Assembly: GCA_016787065.1 (NCBI GenBank)
Contig: JAEUVD010000003.1
Coordinates: 34,582 to 98,581 of the forward strand
Reading direction: 5' to 3'
DNA from: Chitinophagaceae bacterium
GTDB lineage: Bacteria; Bacteroidota; Bacteroidia; Chitinophagales; Chitinophagaceae
DNA: 64,000 bases
Both the position numbers and the translations under genes were made by a program. The notes below the pieces were generated by a model. That model ran no database searches and was not told the origin of the DNA. It saw only the letters and a program-made list of their open reading frames with translations. Below, in pieces: positions 10,526-22,400 of this stretch. Each line of letters opens with the position of its first letter. Within the stretch, counting starts at the first letter, position 1.

Positions 10526-11458
10526 TTATTCGGTACTCATGAGAAGCCATTTCTTTTCTTCCCGATTATAACCAAACGCATATTTGGTTTCAGGTTTAAT
10601 ACTTTGTCCGGCAAGGTTGAAATTGAATTCAATACCATGTATTACCAATTCACTTTTTGTATTGAAGCGAATACGACGGGCTTTGTCGTCACCCCTTGGG
10701 CCTAACTGATCGAGTGAAATTGCAAATTCAGGTTTCCCATCAAACATCCCTTCTTTATCTAATTCAACTGTGTACACTTCCGGTGTTCTGGCTTTACCGA
10801 AGTACAATTTTTTTTCGCCGGTAACACCGCCAACACAAAGTCCCATGGCATCAACACCATCTAATCGATCGAGTACTTTTCCGGTACTTTGATCGAGTAC
10901 GAAAAGACTTCCATTTTCTTTATCTCTTGTACTACCATTTACCGAAGAAACATAGATTTTCTTCGCGTGACAATCAAAATATACGCCTAAGAGTCCGTAG
11001 GCTACCATATCCTTCACCGAATCGGTTTTAGGAAGTGTGGTAAATAAAGTCATTTCACCGCTGCTATGATCTATTTTAAAAATACTATTAAGTGTTTGGA
11101 TCGTTTGATTTTCGGTATTAATAAAAGGAACCGGAAAGGTGTAGGCATTACCCAAATCATCGGTGGTAATACTGGCCATATAACCAAACTTTGACCACGA
11201 TGGATGTTGGTATTTTCGGATAGTATCGGTTTCGGTTGCCGGTGCTTGAATTAAAATAACACCTTTATATCGGTCGGTTTCAGTTGAATACGCTGAACGG
11301 TTCGGATCGAAGCCAAGTGTTTGAATAAATGCAGCCGGTTTTCTGCAAGGCGCTATGCCTATCGTAAGAATTTCATCTTCCGTCATTTTTTCTTTACATG
11401 AAGAACATAAACTAAATACGCAGAGCAGTGCGATAAACATTTTGAGAGAAAGATTCAT
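10526..11458 (-). CDS. Secreted protein or probable lipoprotein of unknown function (possibly beta-propeller-like)
   Basis: ORF 10526..11494 opens with TTG. The ATG at 11458 gives MNLSLKMFIALLCVFSLCSSCKEK, a signal peptide with Cys. I recognised no family. It is in an operon with the two flanking genes. Confidence 0.6.
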   Translation of the reverse strand: MNLSLKMFIALLCVFSLCSSCKEKMTEDEILTIGIAPCRKPAAFIQTLGFDPNRSAYSTETDRYKGVILIQAPATETDTIRKYQHPSWSKFGYMASITTDDLGNAYTFPVPFINTENQTIQTLNSIFKIDHSSGEMTLFTTLPKTDSVKDMVAYGLLGVYFDCHAKKIYVSSVNGSTRDKENGSLFVLDQSTGKVLDRLDGVDAMGLCVGGVTGEKKLYFGKARTPEVYTVELDKEGMFDGKPEFAISLDQLGPRGDDKARRIRFNTKSELVIHGIEFNFNLAGQSIKPETKYAFGYNREEKKWLLMSTE

Positions 11459-11509
11459 AGCGAAGACAACTAATTTAAGAGAACAATAGTACAAATTATA
11501 TGGTTTGTA

Positions 11510-13285
11510 TTACGGTTTCTTCGGAATAAACATCGGGCCGGCTAAACAAGGATAAACACGTGTTTTGTAAACGCCATGTTCCAGATAGGATGCCGACCAA
11601 CAGTATTCTTTTCCGGGAGTATCATCATTTTTCATCTGACATACATACCATAACACTAAACTTCCATTTTCGATTTCTTCATCATTAATAAACTTCTCCG
11701 GACCTTGCTGATAGTCGGTATTGCAACAGGGTCCTATGGTAACCAAATCATTTTCACCTTCATCTAAATCGGGATGCATTTTGGTGATGTATACGTAAGG
11801 GTTATCACCTCGCCCGCCATCATGAAACTGTCCTTTCCCCGATTCGATATATAAGCCTTTTTGACTTTTAGATTGCAAAAGATATTGGTATTGGTTTGAA
11901 TAATTCGGTGATTGTGGAGTAAGCAATTTCCACTGTTCTTTCTTCCAAACGTCCCAGGCATTCCCGTTCCATTCATGAAACGAATAATCGGTATTCGGAA
12001 ACGAGAAGCGCATTACAGGCCGGTAGGTTCCGTTATTACCACAACCTCTACCAAGACTCGCTGCAGCAGAGCGAAAACGCCCATCGGTGTAAAATTCATA
12101 ACGTTGTAAATAATTGTAATTACAAGGTAAAGGCCATTGTTCAGAAGAGAAATTTTGTTCGAGCGCAAAGCCAATAGTTTGATTGTTTTCTTCAATCGAA
12201 CTGATACGTGGCTCGGTTACCGCAACAACGGCTGCTTGCGAAAACTCCGGACAACCCACCGCATCACTATACCCGAAACCTTCGGTATTCGAATAACTTA
12301 CATGCCAATCAACTACCTTGGCACTATTGATAACTGTTTCACCTTTATATTTCACTTCCGAAATTCGCAGTCCGTCGCTGGTTGTAATGATATAATTAAA
12401 ATCCCAATCGCCTTTTTGCACATGAGTCATTTGCTTACAATAGCATTCTGAAATTTTTTCAAATTTCAATCGCTTTTCCGTTACGGCTCGTGTGGGTTGC
12501 TCCGGCCCGGTGTTGGTCCATCGGATACCTACCAAGCGAAGATCAGTTAAATCAACTATGGCCCAGAGCGCCTTATCGCCTTTCGTAAAGGTAGGGGCCA
12601 CACAGAGATGCATGCTGCGTTCGCATTTCGTATGATTGAGGGCCGTTTTGGTATTAGCCATCAGGGCATCTTCCTGTCCGGGTTGAAATCCTAAAGCTTT
12701 TATTACATCGGGGTGATGGATAGCGAGTTGAATGGCTACATCTTTTAGGTAAAGAGGAATATCGGGTTGCGAACCTTTGAGCGTATTAACCTGAATAACC
12801 TGCTTCGACACTAAATCAACCAGAGCCGTTTGGGTGAGGTTGAGCGCGTAATTATAGAGTTCAACTTTATATACCTTTCCTTGTTGAAACGCTTGAGGTA
12901 TTTCTTGAGGGCGTGCCTGGTATACATTGAAGATTTCTCTTCGAAGTGGTTTGGGGGAAAGTGAATCAGAACCATTCGCCATGAACTCTGGATGTTGAAG
13001 TGCGATGGTTTGGGCTTCCATTTGATCCGGATTACAAGGCTGAAGCAACATCACATGATGGGAGGTGTTTAGCGCGGAATCTATTTTGTTCCATAGTTGT
13101 TTGGTAATTGGATTATCCAGCTGGAGGGAGTCGCTCTGCAAAATGGCTTCAGACCCGGGCGTTTGGCTAGGGGAAGTGCCGTTTTCGGATCCACAGGACA
13201 AAAAAAGGGTAATGCCTAAAAGCCAGGAAAGCCTGCCGAATAGTTTCAAGGAAAAATTCATAAAGAACAAATGTAAGTGCATCAT
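11510..13285 (-). CDS. Copper amine oxidase-like lipoprotein (divergent; predicted Cu ligands not evident)
   Basis: The signal peptide ends LFLSCGS, a lipobox-like sequence. Three stretches resemble the CuAO catalytic domain: DGLRISEVKYKGETVINSAKVVDWHVSY...FGYSDAVG, PLPCNYNYLQRYEFYTDG (CuAO TPQ motif is N-Y-D/E-Y) and SLVLWY. The alignment was made by eye. An alternative start is the ATG at 13261. Confidence 0.55.
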   Translation of the reverse strand: MMHLHLFFMNFSLKLFGRLSWLLGITLFLSCGSENGTSPSQTPGSEAILQSDSLQLDNPITKQLWNKIDSALNTSHHVMLLQPCNPDQMEAQTIALQHPEFMANGSDSLSPKPLRREIFNVYQARPQEIPQAFQQGKVYKVELYNYALNLTQTALVDLVSKQVIQVNTLKGSQPDIPLYLKDVAIQLAIHHPDVIKALGFQPGQEDALMANTKTALNHTKCERSMHLCVAPTFTKGDKALWAIVDLTDLRLVGIRWTNTGPEQPTRAVTEKRLKFEKISECYCKQMTHVQKGDWDFNYIITTSDGLRISEVKYKGETVINSAKVVDWHVSYSNTEGFGYSDAVGCPEFSQAAVVAVTEPRISSIEENNQTIGFALEQNFSSEQWPLPCNYNYLQRYEFYTDGRFRSAAASLGRGCGNNGTYRPVMRFSFPNTDYSFHEWNGNAWDVWKKEQWKLLTPQSPNYSNQYQYLLQSKSQKGLYIESGKGQFHDGGRGDNPYVYITKMHPDLDEGENDLVTIGPCCNTDYQQGPEKFINDEEIENGSLVLWYVCQMKNDDTPGKEYCWSASYLEHGVYKTRVYPCLAGPMFIPKKP

Positions 13286-13353
13286 GGCATGAGGTGGAAC
13301 ATTAGAAGTTAAAAAAAATCAATAAAAAAAGTGGATAAATTGTGAAATACCTA

Positions 13354-13361
13354 TACTTTTG
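13354..13361 (+). promoter_or_regulatory. TAnnTTTG box (TACTTTTG) upstream of the giant adhesin gene
   Basis: Motif read in the 195-nt intergenic region, about 120 nt upstream of the ATG at 13481. Confidence 0.3.
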
Positions 13362-13480
13362 ATCTTTGTAAAGCATTGAAATTTAATTAGTTACAAATTA
13401 TGATGATTTAGCCAACCTGTTATGATAAAATATGGTATTGAAATTGATATTCCTTAATAATTTTTAAAATTCATAATTAT

Positions 13481-16400
13481 ATGTTCTATCCCTACGTAAG
13501 AAAACTTTTTGTACTCCTGTTATTTCTGGGGTCAAGTTATGTGCTTCGGGCACAAACGATAAGCGGTACTGTTTATCGGGATTTTAATGGTAATGGTACC
13601 CGGCAAACGTCCGGTGTTACGATCGAACCTGGAACTGGCGGCGTTTTGGTGAATGCCTACGATGCGTCGAATTCGCTGGTAGCTTCTGCGGTTTCGAATC
13701 CGGATGGTAGTTATTCCATGCCCTACACGGTTCCTGTGCGTTTGGAATTTGTTATTCCAAGTGTTGGTTCAGGAAACTACTGTAGCGGTGCTCCGCTGGA
13801 TTTTACCGGATTTGGTGGTGATGGTAATAATATTCGTTTTATTACTGCATCTACATCAGGTATCGATTATGCGATACATTATCCGTTCGATTATGTTTCT
13901 AACACCAACCCTCCTTTTTATTTCCCTCAGTATTCTAATGGGAATCCTTTAGGTGGTGGTACTACAGGTACAGCCACAGGTTTTAAAGGGCATCTTTACA
14001 ATCACACCGGAACAACGGCTGCTGCTCAAACCTTAGCACTTTCGCAAATAGGAACTACTTGGGGTGTTGCCTATAGTAAACAAGCCAAAGTTCTCTTTTC
14101 TGCTGCCTTTGTTAAACGTCATGCTGGATTAGGCCCTTTAGGAAGTGGTGGTATTTATAAACTTACACCAACTGCTACTTCATTTACAACAAGCCAGTTT
14201 TACGACTTAGATGCTAACGGTCATAATTCAAGAGCCGGCGCAGGTGCTCCTGCTTTTGGTCCAGGATCTTCGTATAATTTATCAGGTGTAAACCTAGCTA
14301 CCTATTTAGGCGGCACAGATCCTTTGTCTAACGCACCAATTGGTTTAGGAGTAATTGGTTCAAACACAGACCGTAATTTACCAGCCAATTTTGCGACTGA
14401 TAATAATGACCCCGCAGCCATGGGACAAGTTGGTCGCGTTGGGTTAGGTGATATTGACATAAGTGATGATGGTAAATATCTTTTTGTAGTTAACCTGTAT
14501 CAACGTGTAATTCATCGTTTAGAATTAGATGATGCGTATAACCCCACTTCGGTTATTAGTGTAACTACCTTTTCTATACCGGCACAACCCGTAACAAATG
14601 GAGTACTTCGTCCTTTTGGACTTGGTTTTCATCGCGGTGATATTTATTTAGGAGCCGTTGCCAGTGGTGAAAATGGCGGTGTTAACAACGTAGGTGGCGT
14701 TACCGATTTATATGGTTTTGTATTTCGTTTGAAAGATGCCACAACCGGATCTGCTGCTTTTGAAAGCACGCCTTTAATTAATTTACCATTGAATTATGCT
14801 AAAGGACCTTCAGTTCTTAACGACGCGAATGCTAAAAAATGGTATCCTTGGAATAACTCAACCTCAGCATTACTTAACGTAAGTGGTGAGAGTACCTTGC
14901 CAACTCCAATTTTATCAGATATCGATTTCACCGATAATGGAGATATGATTTTAGATTTCATGGATCGATCAGGTCATCAGTTTGGTTATCAGAATTACCT
15001 TAATTTATCAGGAACAACAGCGTTATTTACGTATGATATTGGAGGAGATATTCTAATTGCTGGAAAAGATTGTGGAGGAAATGGATTTACTATTGAGAAT
15101 AATGGCTCGTTTACTTCTGCCGATGGTACTAGTTACACAAGTGGTGCCGCAAATGGTCAAGGGCCAGGAAATAGTGAATTCTTTGTGGGTGAGTTTTACC
15201 CAACTTGGCACAGTGAAACCAGTATGGGTAGTTGTGCCGTGCTTAAAGGTACTCGTCAGGTTTTAACAACGCTGATGGATCCAATTAACGATTTCTCTTC
15301 AGGAACAGGAAAACTTTCTACGGTAAATGGTACTCGATCTGGTGAACTTCAAGCAATTAGAACAGCGAACGATTTCGGTAAGGCGAACGGTTTGGGAGAT
15401 ATTGAAGTTGCTGGTGATGTTGCACCTTTAGAAATTGGTAATCGTGTATGGAATGATGCGAATGCCAATGGTGTGCAAGACCCTACAGAAGTAGGAATAG
15501 CTAATGTTTCAATAGAACTATTTTGTGATGCCGATAATAATCAGATTCCGGATGGAGCGGCTATTGCAACTACAAATACCGATGGAAATGGTTATTTCTA
15601 TTTCAATATATCGAATGTAACCGATGGTAATTGCACGGAACCTGGTAATCAAGCCGGTCCGCAACCTGGACTGAACTACTTAGTAAGCATAGGATCATCG
15701 GATTGGACAGGTGGTAGTGGTACGGGCGATTTGAATGCCTTATTTCTAGCCCCTTCTAACAGCGCCAGCAATGGTATTGTAGATGCGAGTGATAATGATG
15801 CCACGTTAGTATCGGGGGTGCCAACAATTTCGGTACTTACTTCTTCTAAATGGGGAGATAACAATCATACCTTCGACTTCGGATTTACGCCAGCCCCTCC
15901 TTGTACCGTAACGGCTTCGGTTGTTGCCGGAACCCAAAGTATTTGTTCTGGTGGCGACCCGGTTGCCTTTACAGAAACAACGGCAGCAACAGGTAGTGGT
16001 ACACTTACATATCAATGGCAAAGTAGCACAACCGATTGCGCTAGCGGCTTTAATAATATTCCAACAGCTACAGGTACAACCTACGATCCACCTGCTGGTT
16101 TAACGGTAACAACTTACTACCATGTGGTGGTTACTAATACTGACGGTGCCGATGTATGTACCGATATTAGTAACTGTATTACGGTTACAGTGAACCCGAA
16201 TCCTAGTGCCGATGCAGGTCCGGATAAATCACTTGATTGCGCTACTACATCTACAACAATTGGAACAGCTGCCGTAGGTGGTAATTCTTATAGCTGGAGT
16301 CCTGCTAGCGGTTTAAACGCAACGAATATTGCTGAACCAACAGCCAACCCATCTACCACAACAACATATACTGTAACCGTTACAACAGGTTTTGGTTGCA

Positions 16401-19400
16401 CTGCTACAGATGATGTTATGGTTTCTGTAAATACCACACCGCCATCAGCGGATGCCGGACAAGATAAATCTTTAGATTGTTCTACTACTTCAACAACCAT
16501 TGGAACGGCTGCTATTGGTGGTAATACCTATAGCTGGAGCCCTTCAACAGGTTTGAATGCAACCAATGTAGCTGAACCTACAGCTAATCCTTCTTCAACA
16601 ACAACATACACAGTAACTGTAACCGGAAGCAACGGATGTACCGCTTCGGATATGGTAACAGTAACTGTTAATACTACACCGCCAACAGCGGATGCCGGAC
16701 AAGATAAATCGCTTGATTGTTCTACCACATCTACAACCATTGGAACGGCTGCTATTGGTGGTAATACCTATAGTTGGAGTCCTTCAACCGGATTAAGTGC
16801 AACCAATGTAGCACAACCAACGGCTAATCCTTCTTCAACAACAACATACACAGTAACTGTAACCGGAAGCAATGGATGTACCGCATCGGATATGGTAACG
16901 GTAACTGTTACTACAGCGCCGCCAACAGCTGATGCCGGACAAGACAAATCTTTAGATTGTGCTACCACTTCAACAACCATTGGAACGGCTGCTATTGGTG
17001 GAAATACCTATAGTTGGAGTCCTTCAACAGGATTGAATGCAACGAATGTAGCACAACCAACGGCTAATCCTTCTTCAACCACAACCTATACAGTAATTGT
17101 AACCGGAAGCAACGGATGTACCGCTTCGGATATGGTAACAGTAACCGTTAATACAACACCGCCAACAGCGGATGCCGGACAAGATAAATCATTAGATTGT
17201 TCTACTACATCAACTACGATTGGAACAGCTGCTATTGGTGGTAATACTTATAGTTGGAGTCCTTCAACAGGTTTGAATGCAACCAATGTAGCACAACCAA
17301 CGGCTAATCCTTCTTCAACAACAACCTATACAGTAATTGTAACGGGAAGCAACGGATGTACCGCTTCGGATATGGTAACAGTAACCGTAAATACCACACC
17401 GCCAACAGCGGATGCAGGACAAGATAAATCTTTAGATTGTTCTACTACATCAACTACGATTGGAACGGCTGCTATTAGTGGTAATACCTATAGTTGGAGT
17501 CCTTCATCAGGTTTGAATGCAACGAATGTAGCTGAACCAACGGCTAATCCTTCTTCAACCACAACTTATACGGTAACTGTAACCGGAAGTAACGGATGTA
17601 CCGCTTCGGATATGGTAACCGTAACTGTAAATACAACACCTCCAACAGTAGATGCGGGATCAGATAAAACACTTGATTGTACAACCACATCAACAACAAT
17701 TGGTACAGCTGCTATTAGTGGTAATACCTATAGTTGGAGTCCTTCAACAGGATTGAATGCAACGAATGTAGCTGAACCAACAGCTAATCCTTCTTCAACA
17801 ACAACATATACAGTAACTGTAACCGGAAGCAACGGATGTACAGCTTCCGATATGGTAACGGTTACCGTTGACGTAACGCCTCCAACAGCAGATGCCGGAC
17901 AAGATGAAACCTTAACATGTTCTGTTACATCGGTTTTCATTGGAAGCCCTGCTATCTCAGGCAACACCTATTCTTGGAGCCCTAGCACTGGTTTAACCAA
18001 TGCTAACGTGGCACAGCCTACCGCTTATCCAACTGCTACAACAACCTTTACCGTTACGGTAACAGGTAGTAACGGATGTACAGCATCCGATATGGTAACG
18101 GTTACCGTTGATGTTACTCCTCCAACGGTGGATGCCGGTCCGGATAAATCTCTTGATTGTACTACCACATCAACTACTATTGGTACTGCCGCTATTAGTG
18201 GTAATACCTATAGTTGGAATCCTGCTTCAGGATTAAGTGCAACCAATGTGGCCGAACCAACTGCAAACCCTTCTACAACCACCACTTACACGGTAACAGT
18301 TACCGGAAGTAATGGATGTACCGAATCGGATGTTGTTACGGTTACCGTGAATACGACAACACCAACAGCTGATGCCGGTCAAGATAAAACTATTGATTGT
18401 GCTACATCTTCTGTAATGATAGGTACAGCAGCCATTGCAGGAAATACCTATAATTGGGATCCGGGTACAGGATTGAATGACGCTACCCTTGCGCAACCTA
18501 CAGCTAGTCCTTCAACAACTACTACATACACCGTTACAGCTACAGCTTCGAATGGTTGTACGGCAACCGATGTAATGACGGTTACCGTGAATGGTAATTT
18601 AGGAAGTGTTGGTAATTATGTTTGGATCGATTTGAACGCAAATGGAATGAATGATGAACCTACTACAGCCGGTGTTAACGGGGTAACTGTAGAACTTTGG
18701 AAAGAAACGTCATCAGGTAGTGGAACCTATGCTTTGTTAAATACAACGGTAACCGCTAATAATGCTGGTGATCCAGGATATTATTCGTTCAGTATTTGTG
18801 ACGCAGCGAATTACAAAATTAAATTCCCTCTGAATGTAGGTGCTGAAAAACTTACCAGTCAAACAGCAACACCGGCTACAGATGCCAACAGTGATGCAAA
18901 CGTGACTGATGGTTTCTCTCCTGTATTCATGATTGACCCTAACGGATCTGGAACAACAAAAGATAATCCAACAATTGATGCGGGTTATTATACAACCGCT
19001 TGTTTGGGTAACTATGTTTGGAATGATTTAGATAAAAATGGTATTCAAGATGCCAACGAGGTTGGTGTTGCAGGTATTACCGTTACCTTATATAACAGCA
19101 GTGATGTTGTAATTTCTACAACAGTAACAGATGCCTATGGTAAATATCATTTCTGCGAATTAATGCCTGGAGATTATAAAGTTGGCTTTACGTTACCGCA
19201 AGATTATAATTTCTCTGTAACGGATAGTGGAACCGATGATAATGTTGATAATGATGCTAGTGGAACTACCGGATTAACAGGTTTCTATACCTTGAAATCG
19301 GGCGATGATAACCTTACCGTAGATGCAGGTATCTTCTTCGAAGCAGAAACAACGGCAAGCGTTGGAAATTATGTTTGGTACGATACCAATCAAGATGGTA

Positions 19401-22400
19401 TTCAAGATCCTTCGGAAGTTGGCATTAGTGGTGTAACTGTTGTTCTTTACGATAATACAGGAAACCCTGTAGCTGCAACCATTACAGATGGTAATGGCTT
19501 CTATTTATTTACTGATGTACCTCCGGGTAATTATACTGTTGGCTTTACACCTCCAACTGGATTAGGCTTTAGTCCGAATAACGGTGGTGTGGGCAGTCCA
19601 AGTAATAGCGATGCAAATCCATTAACAGGCATTACAACATCTTTCACGGTAAATCCTGGTGATCAAATTACGTATGTAGATGCCGGATTATACCAATTAC
19701 CAAATAACATTGGTAGTCTTGGTGATCGTGTTTGGTACGATGTTAATGAAGATGGTAACCAAGATGCGGATGAAGTTGGCGTAGAAGGTGTAACCGTTAC
19801 GTTATACAGTGGCGATGGTACTACGGTATTAAATACTACAACCACCAATGTATATGGTAATTATATCTTCAACAATTTAGTAGAAGCTGATTATGTAGTT
19901 GGATTTAGTAACCTACCGGTAGATTATGTTCTAACCGTAAATACCGGAACCGACAGCACAACGAATAGTGATGCTGATCCGTTAAGCGGAAAAACCAATG
20001 TGATTCATCTTGGTTCAGGACAACATAATATGACCTATGATGCCGGTATTTATACGACCGATGTAGCCAATACTAATTCAATAGGTAATTACGTGTGGAA
20101 TGATATCAACAAAGACGGTATACAAGATGCAACAGAAAATGGTGTTCCAGGAATTACCGTTTCGTTATACAATAATACCAATCTCATTCTGAAAACAACA
20201 TCTACCGATGAGAATGGTTTCTATTTGTTCCCAGATTTACCAAATGGAATCTATTATGTAGGCTTCTCTAATTTACCTGTATCTTATCAGCTAACATCTC
20301 CAAACCAAGGTGCGGATGATGCCTTAGATAGTGATGCCGATCAAACGACACTCTTAACAGCTACTACAACGTTAACTGGTAATACAAACGACATGACGTT
20401 AGACGCCGGTATCTTCGCTAATAACGATCGTATTGGTAAAGGTTCATTAGGAGATAAAGTTTGGTACGATTTGAATAACGACGGATTACAAGATGCAAAT
20501 GAAGGTGGCGTGCCTGGCGTTTTAGCTACTTTGTACGAACAAGACGGTACAACAGTTTTAAAAACTACCACCACTGATGCCTTAGGTAACTATATCTTCA
20601 CAGGATTAGATGCCGGTTCTTACGTAGTAGGATTTACAAATCTTCCTTCAGGATTTACAATCACTACACAAAACAGTGATAACCAAGGTGTGAATGGTGA
20701 ATTAAATAGTGATGTAATTACAGCTACACAAAAAACACCAGTGGTTGCTCTCGGACAGGGAGAAAACAAACTGAGTGTTGACATGGGTATCGTTCCTCCG
20801 GTAGGGAGTGCAGGTCTCGGAAATTACGTTTGGATAGATTTGAATACCAATGGTCTTCAAGATGTAAACGAACCAGGCGTAACCGGTGTAACGGTAACTC
20901 TTTATAATAGTAGTAATAATCCTGTTGCGGTTACAACAACAAACTCAGACGGACAATATCAATTCGTAGGATTAACTCCGGGTACTTATGCTGTTGGCTT
21001 TAGTAATCTTCCTGATGGTTATGAATTAACCACACAGAATGCAGACGCCACAGGTATTAACGGTGCAGCGAATAGCGATGCCGATGTGCTTACCGGAATC
21101 ACGGCGAGTGTTACACTTGCTGCCGGCGATTTCAATCCTAATTTGGATGCCGGTATCTTCAGTACGTTGGTTGCAAGTTTAGGAGACTATGTGTGGTTAG
21201 ATATGAATGGCAATGGCGTTCAGGATCCAAGTGAACCAGGTGTTGGTGGTATTTTGGTAACTTTATACGACAACACAGGAACTCCATTAACTAGCATGAT
21301 TACAAATCCTAAGGGTGGTTATTTATTCAGTAACCTAAATCCGGGTACGTATTATGTTGGCTTTACGAACATTCCTTCCGGAATGATCTTTAGCGCTCAG
21401 GAAACAAACCCATCCGATGCAACAGGTAGCAACGCGAATCCATTAACCGGTACAACACCAACTGTAGTGCTTGCAGCCGGATCGCATAACCCTACTATAG
21501 ATGCTGGATTAATGTTACCAAATACCGCAGGTTTAGGTGATTATGTATGGCATGATGTAGATAAGAATGGTCAGCAAAATGCAGGTGAACCAGCAATTGC
21601 CGGTGTATTAGTTACGTTATACGACGGAACTGGTACTACAACCTTAGCTACGGCAATTACGGATGGTAGCGGTGCTTATAGCTTTACGAATTTAAGCGCA
21701 GGCGATTATCAAGTAGGATTTGCGGCACCAACCTTATTTACTCCTGATGGTGCGCGTGTTCCAATTCCAACACAATTGAATAATGGTACCGATGCTTCTG
21801 ATAACGATGCCGACCCGATTAGTGGACGAACAACTTCATACACTTTAGCGGTAGGAGAATTCAACCCAACCATCGACGCGGGCTTTATTTATCAGTTTGC
21901 AACACCAATTACCTTAAGTAGTTTCAATGTGAATAGTAATGAATGTAGTGCTTTCTTATCATGGACAACTTCGATGGAGAAAAATGCCGATTACTTTGCT
22001 ATTCTTCGTAAAGATGAAACCACAGGTTATACTGAAATCGGTCGTGTGAAAGCTGCCGGTAATAGTAATCTTACTAAGCAATATTCGTTTAACGATAAAG
22101 CCTTAGCTAATGGAACCTATTGGTATCAATTGAAATTGGTAGATATTGATGGCAACTTCAGCAATTCAAGCGAAGAACAAATTCAAGTGAATTGTGGCGG
22201 TGCCGGAAGTATTTCAGTTTATCCAAATCCTGTGGAAGATGTATTGCATATTCAGATTATTGCTGAATCGGCAGAATCAACAGAGTTAAGCTTGATGAAT
22301 ACGATTGGTCAGGTTGTTATTAAACAACAAGGCGAATTGGAAATCGGCGTGAACGAACTGAATATTCCAATGCAACGTTTAGCTGCAGGTACTTATTATC

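Noticed and set aside
13330-13340. A DnaA-box-like sequence (aGTGGATAA) in the intergenic region upstream of the adhesin gene
   Set aside because: It is a single 8/9 match with no additional boxes or AT-rich unwinding element nearby, which is insufficient to call an origin.
16288-16980. A series of 70-aa minus-strand ORFs spaced exactly 240 nt apart (16288-16500, 16528-16740, 16768-16980; also 17728-17967)
   Set aside because: They are antisense reading frames of the 240-bp tandem repeat inside the adhesin gene. Their periodicity and low-complexity V/T/A-rich translations show they are artefacts, not genes.
16208-18607. Regularly spaced repeats that might be mistaken for a CRISPR array
   Set aside because: The repeats are contiguous 240-bp units with no unique spacers. 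They lie in frame within a long ORF and encode a coherent protein domain.
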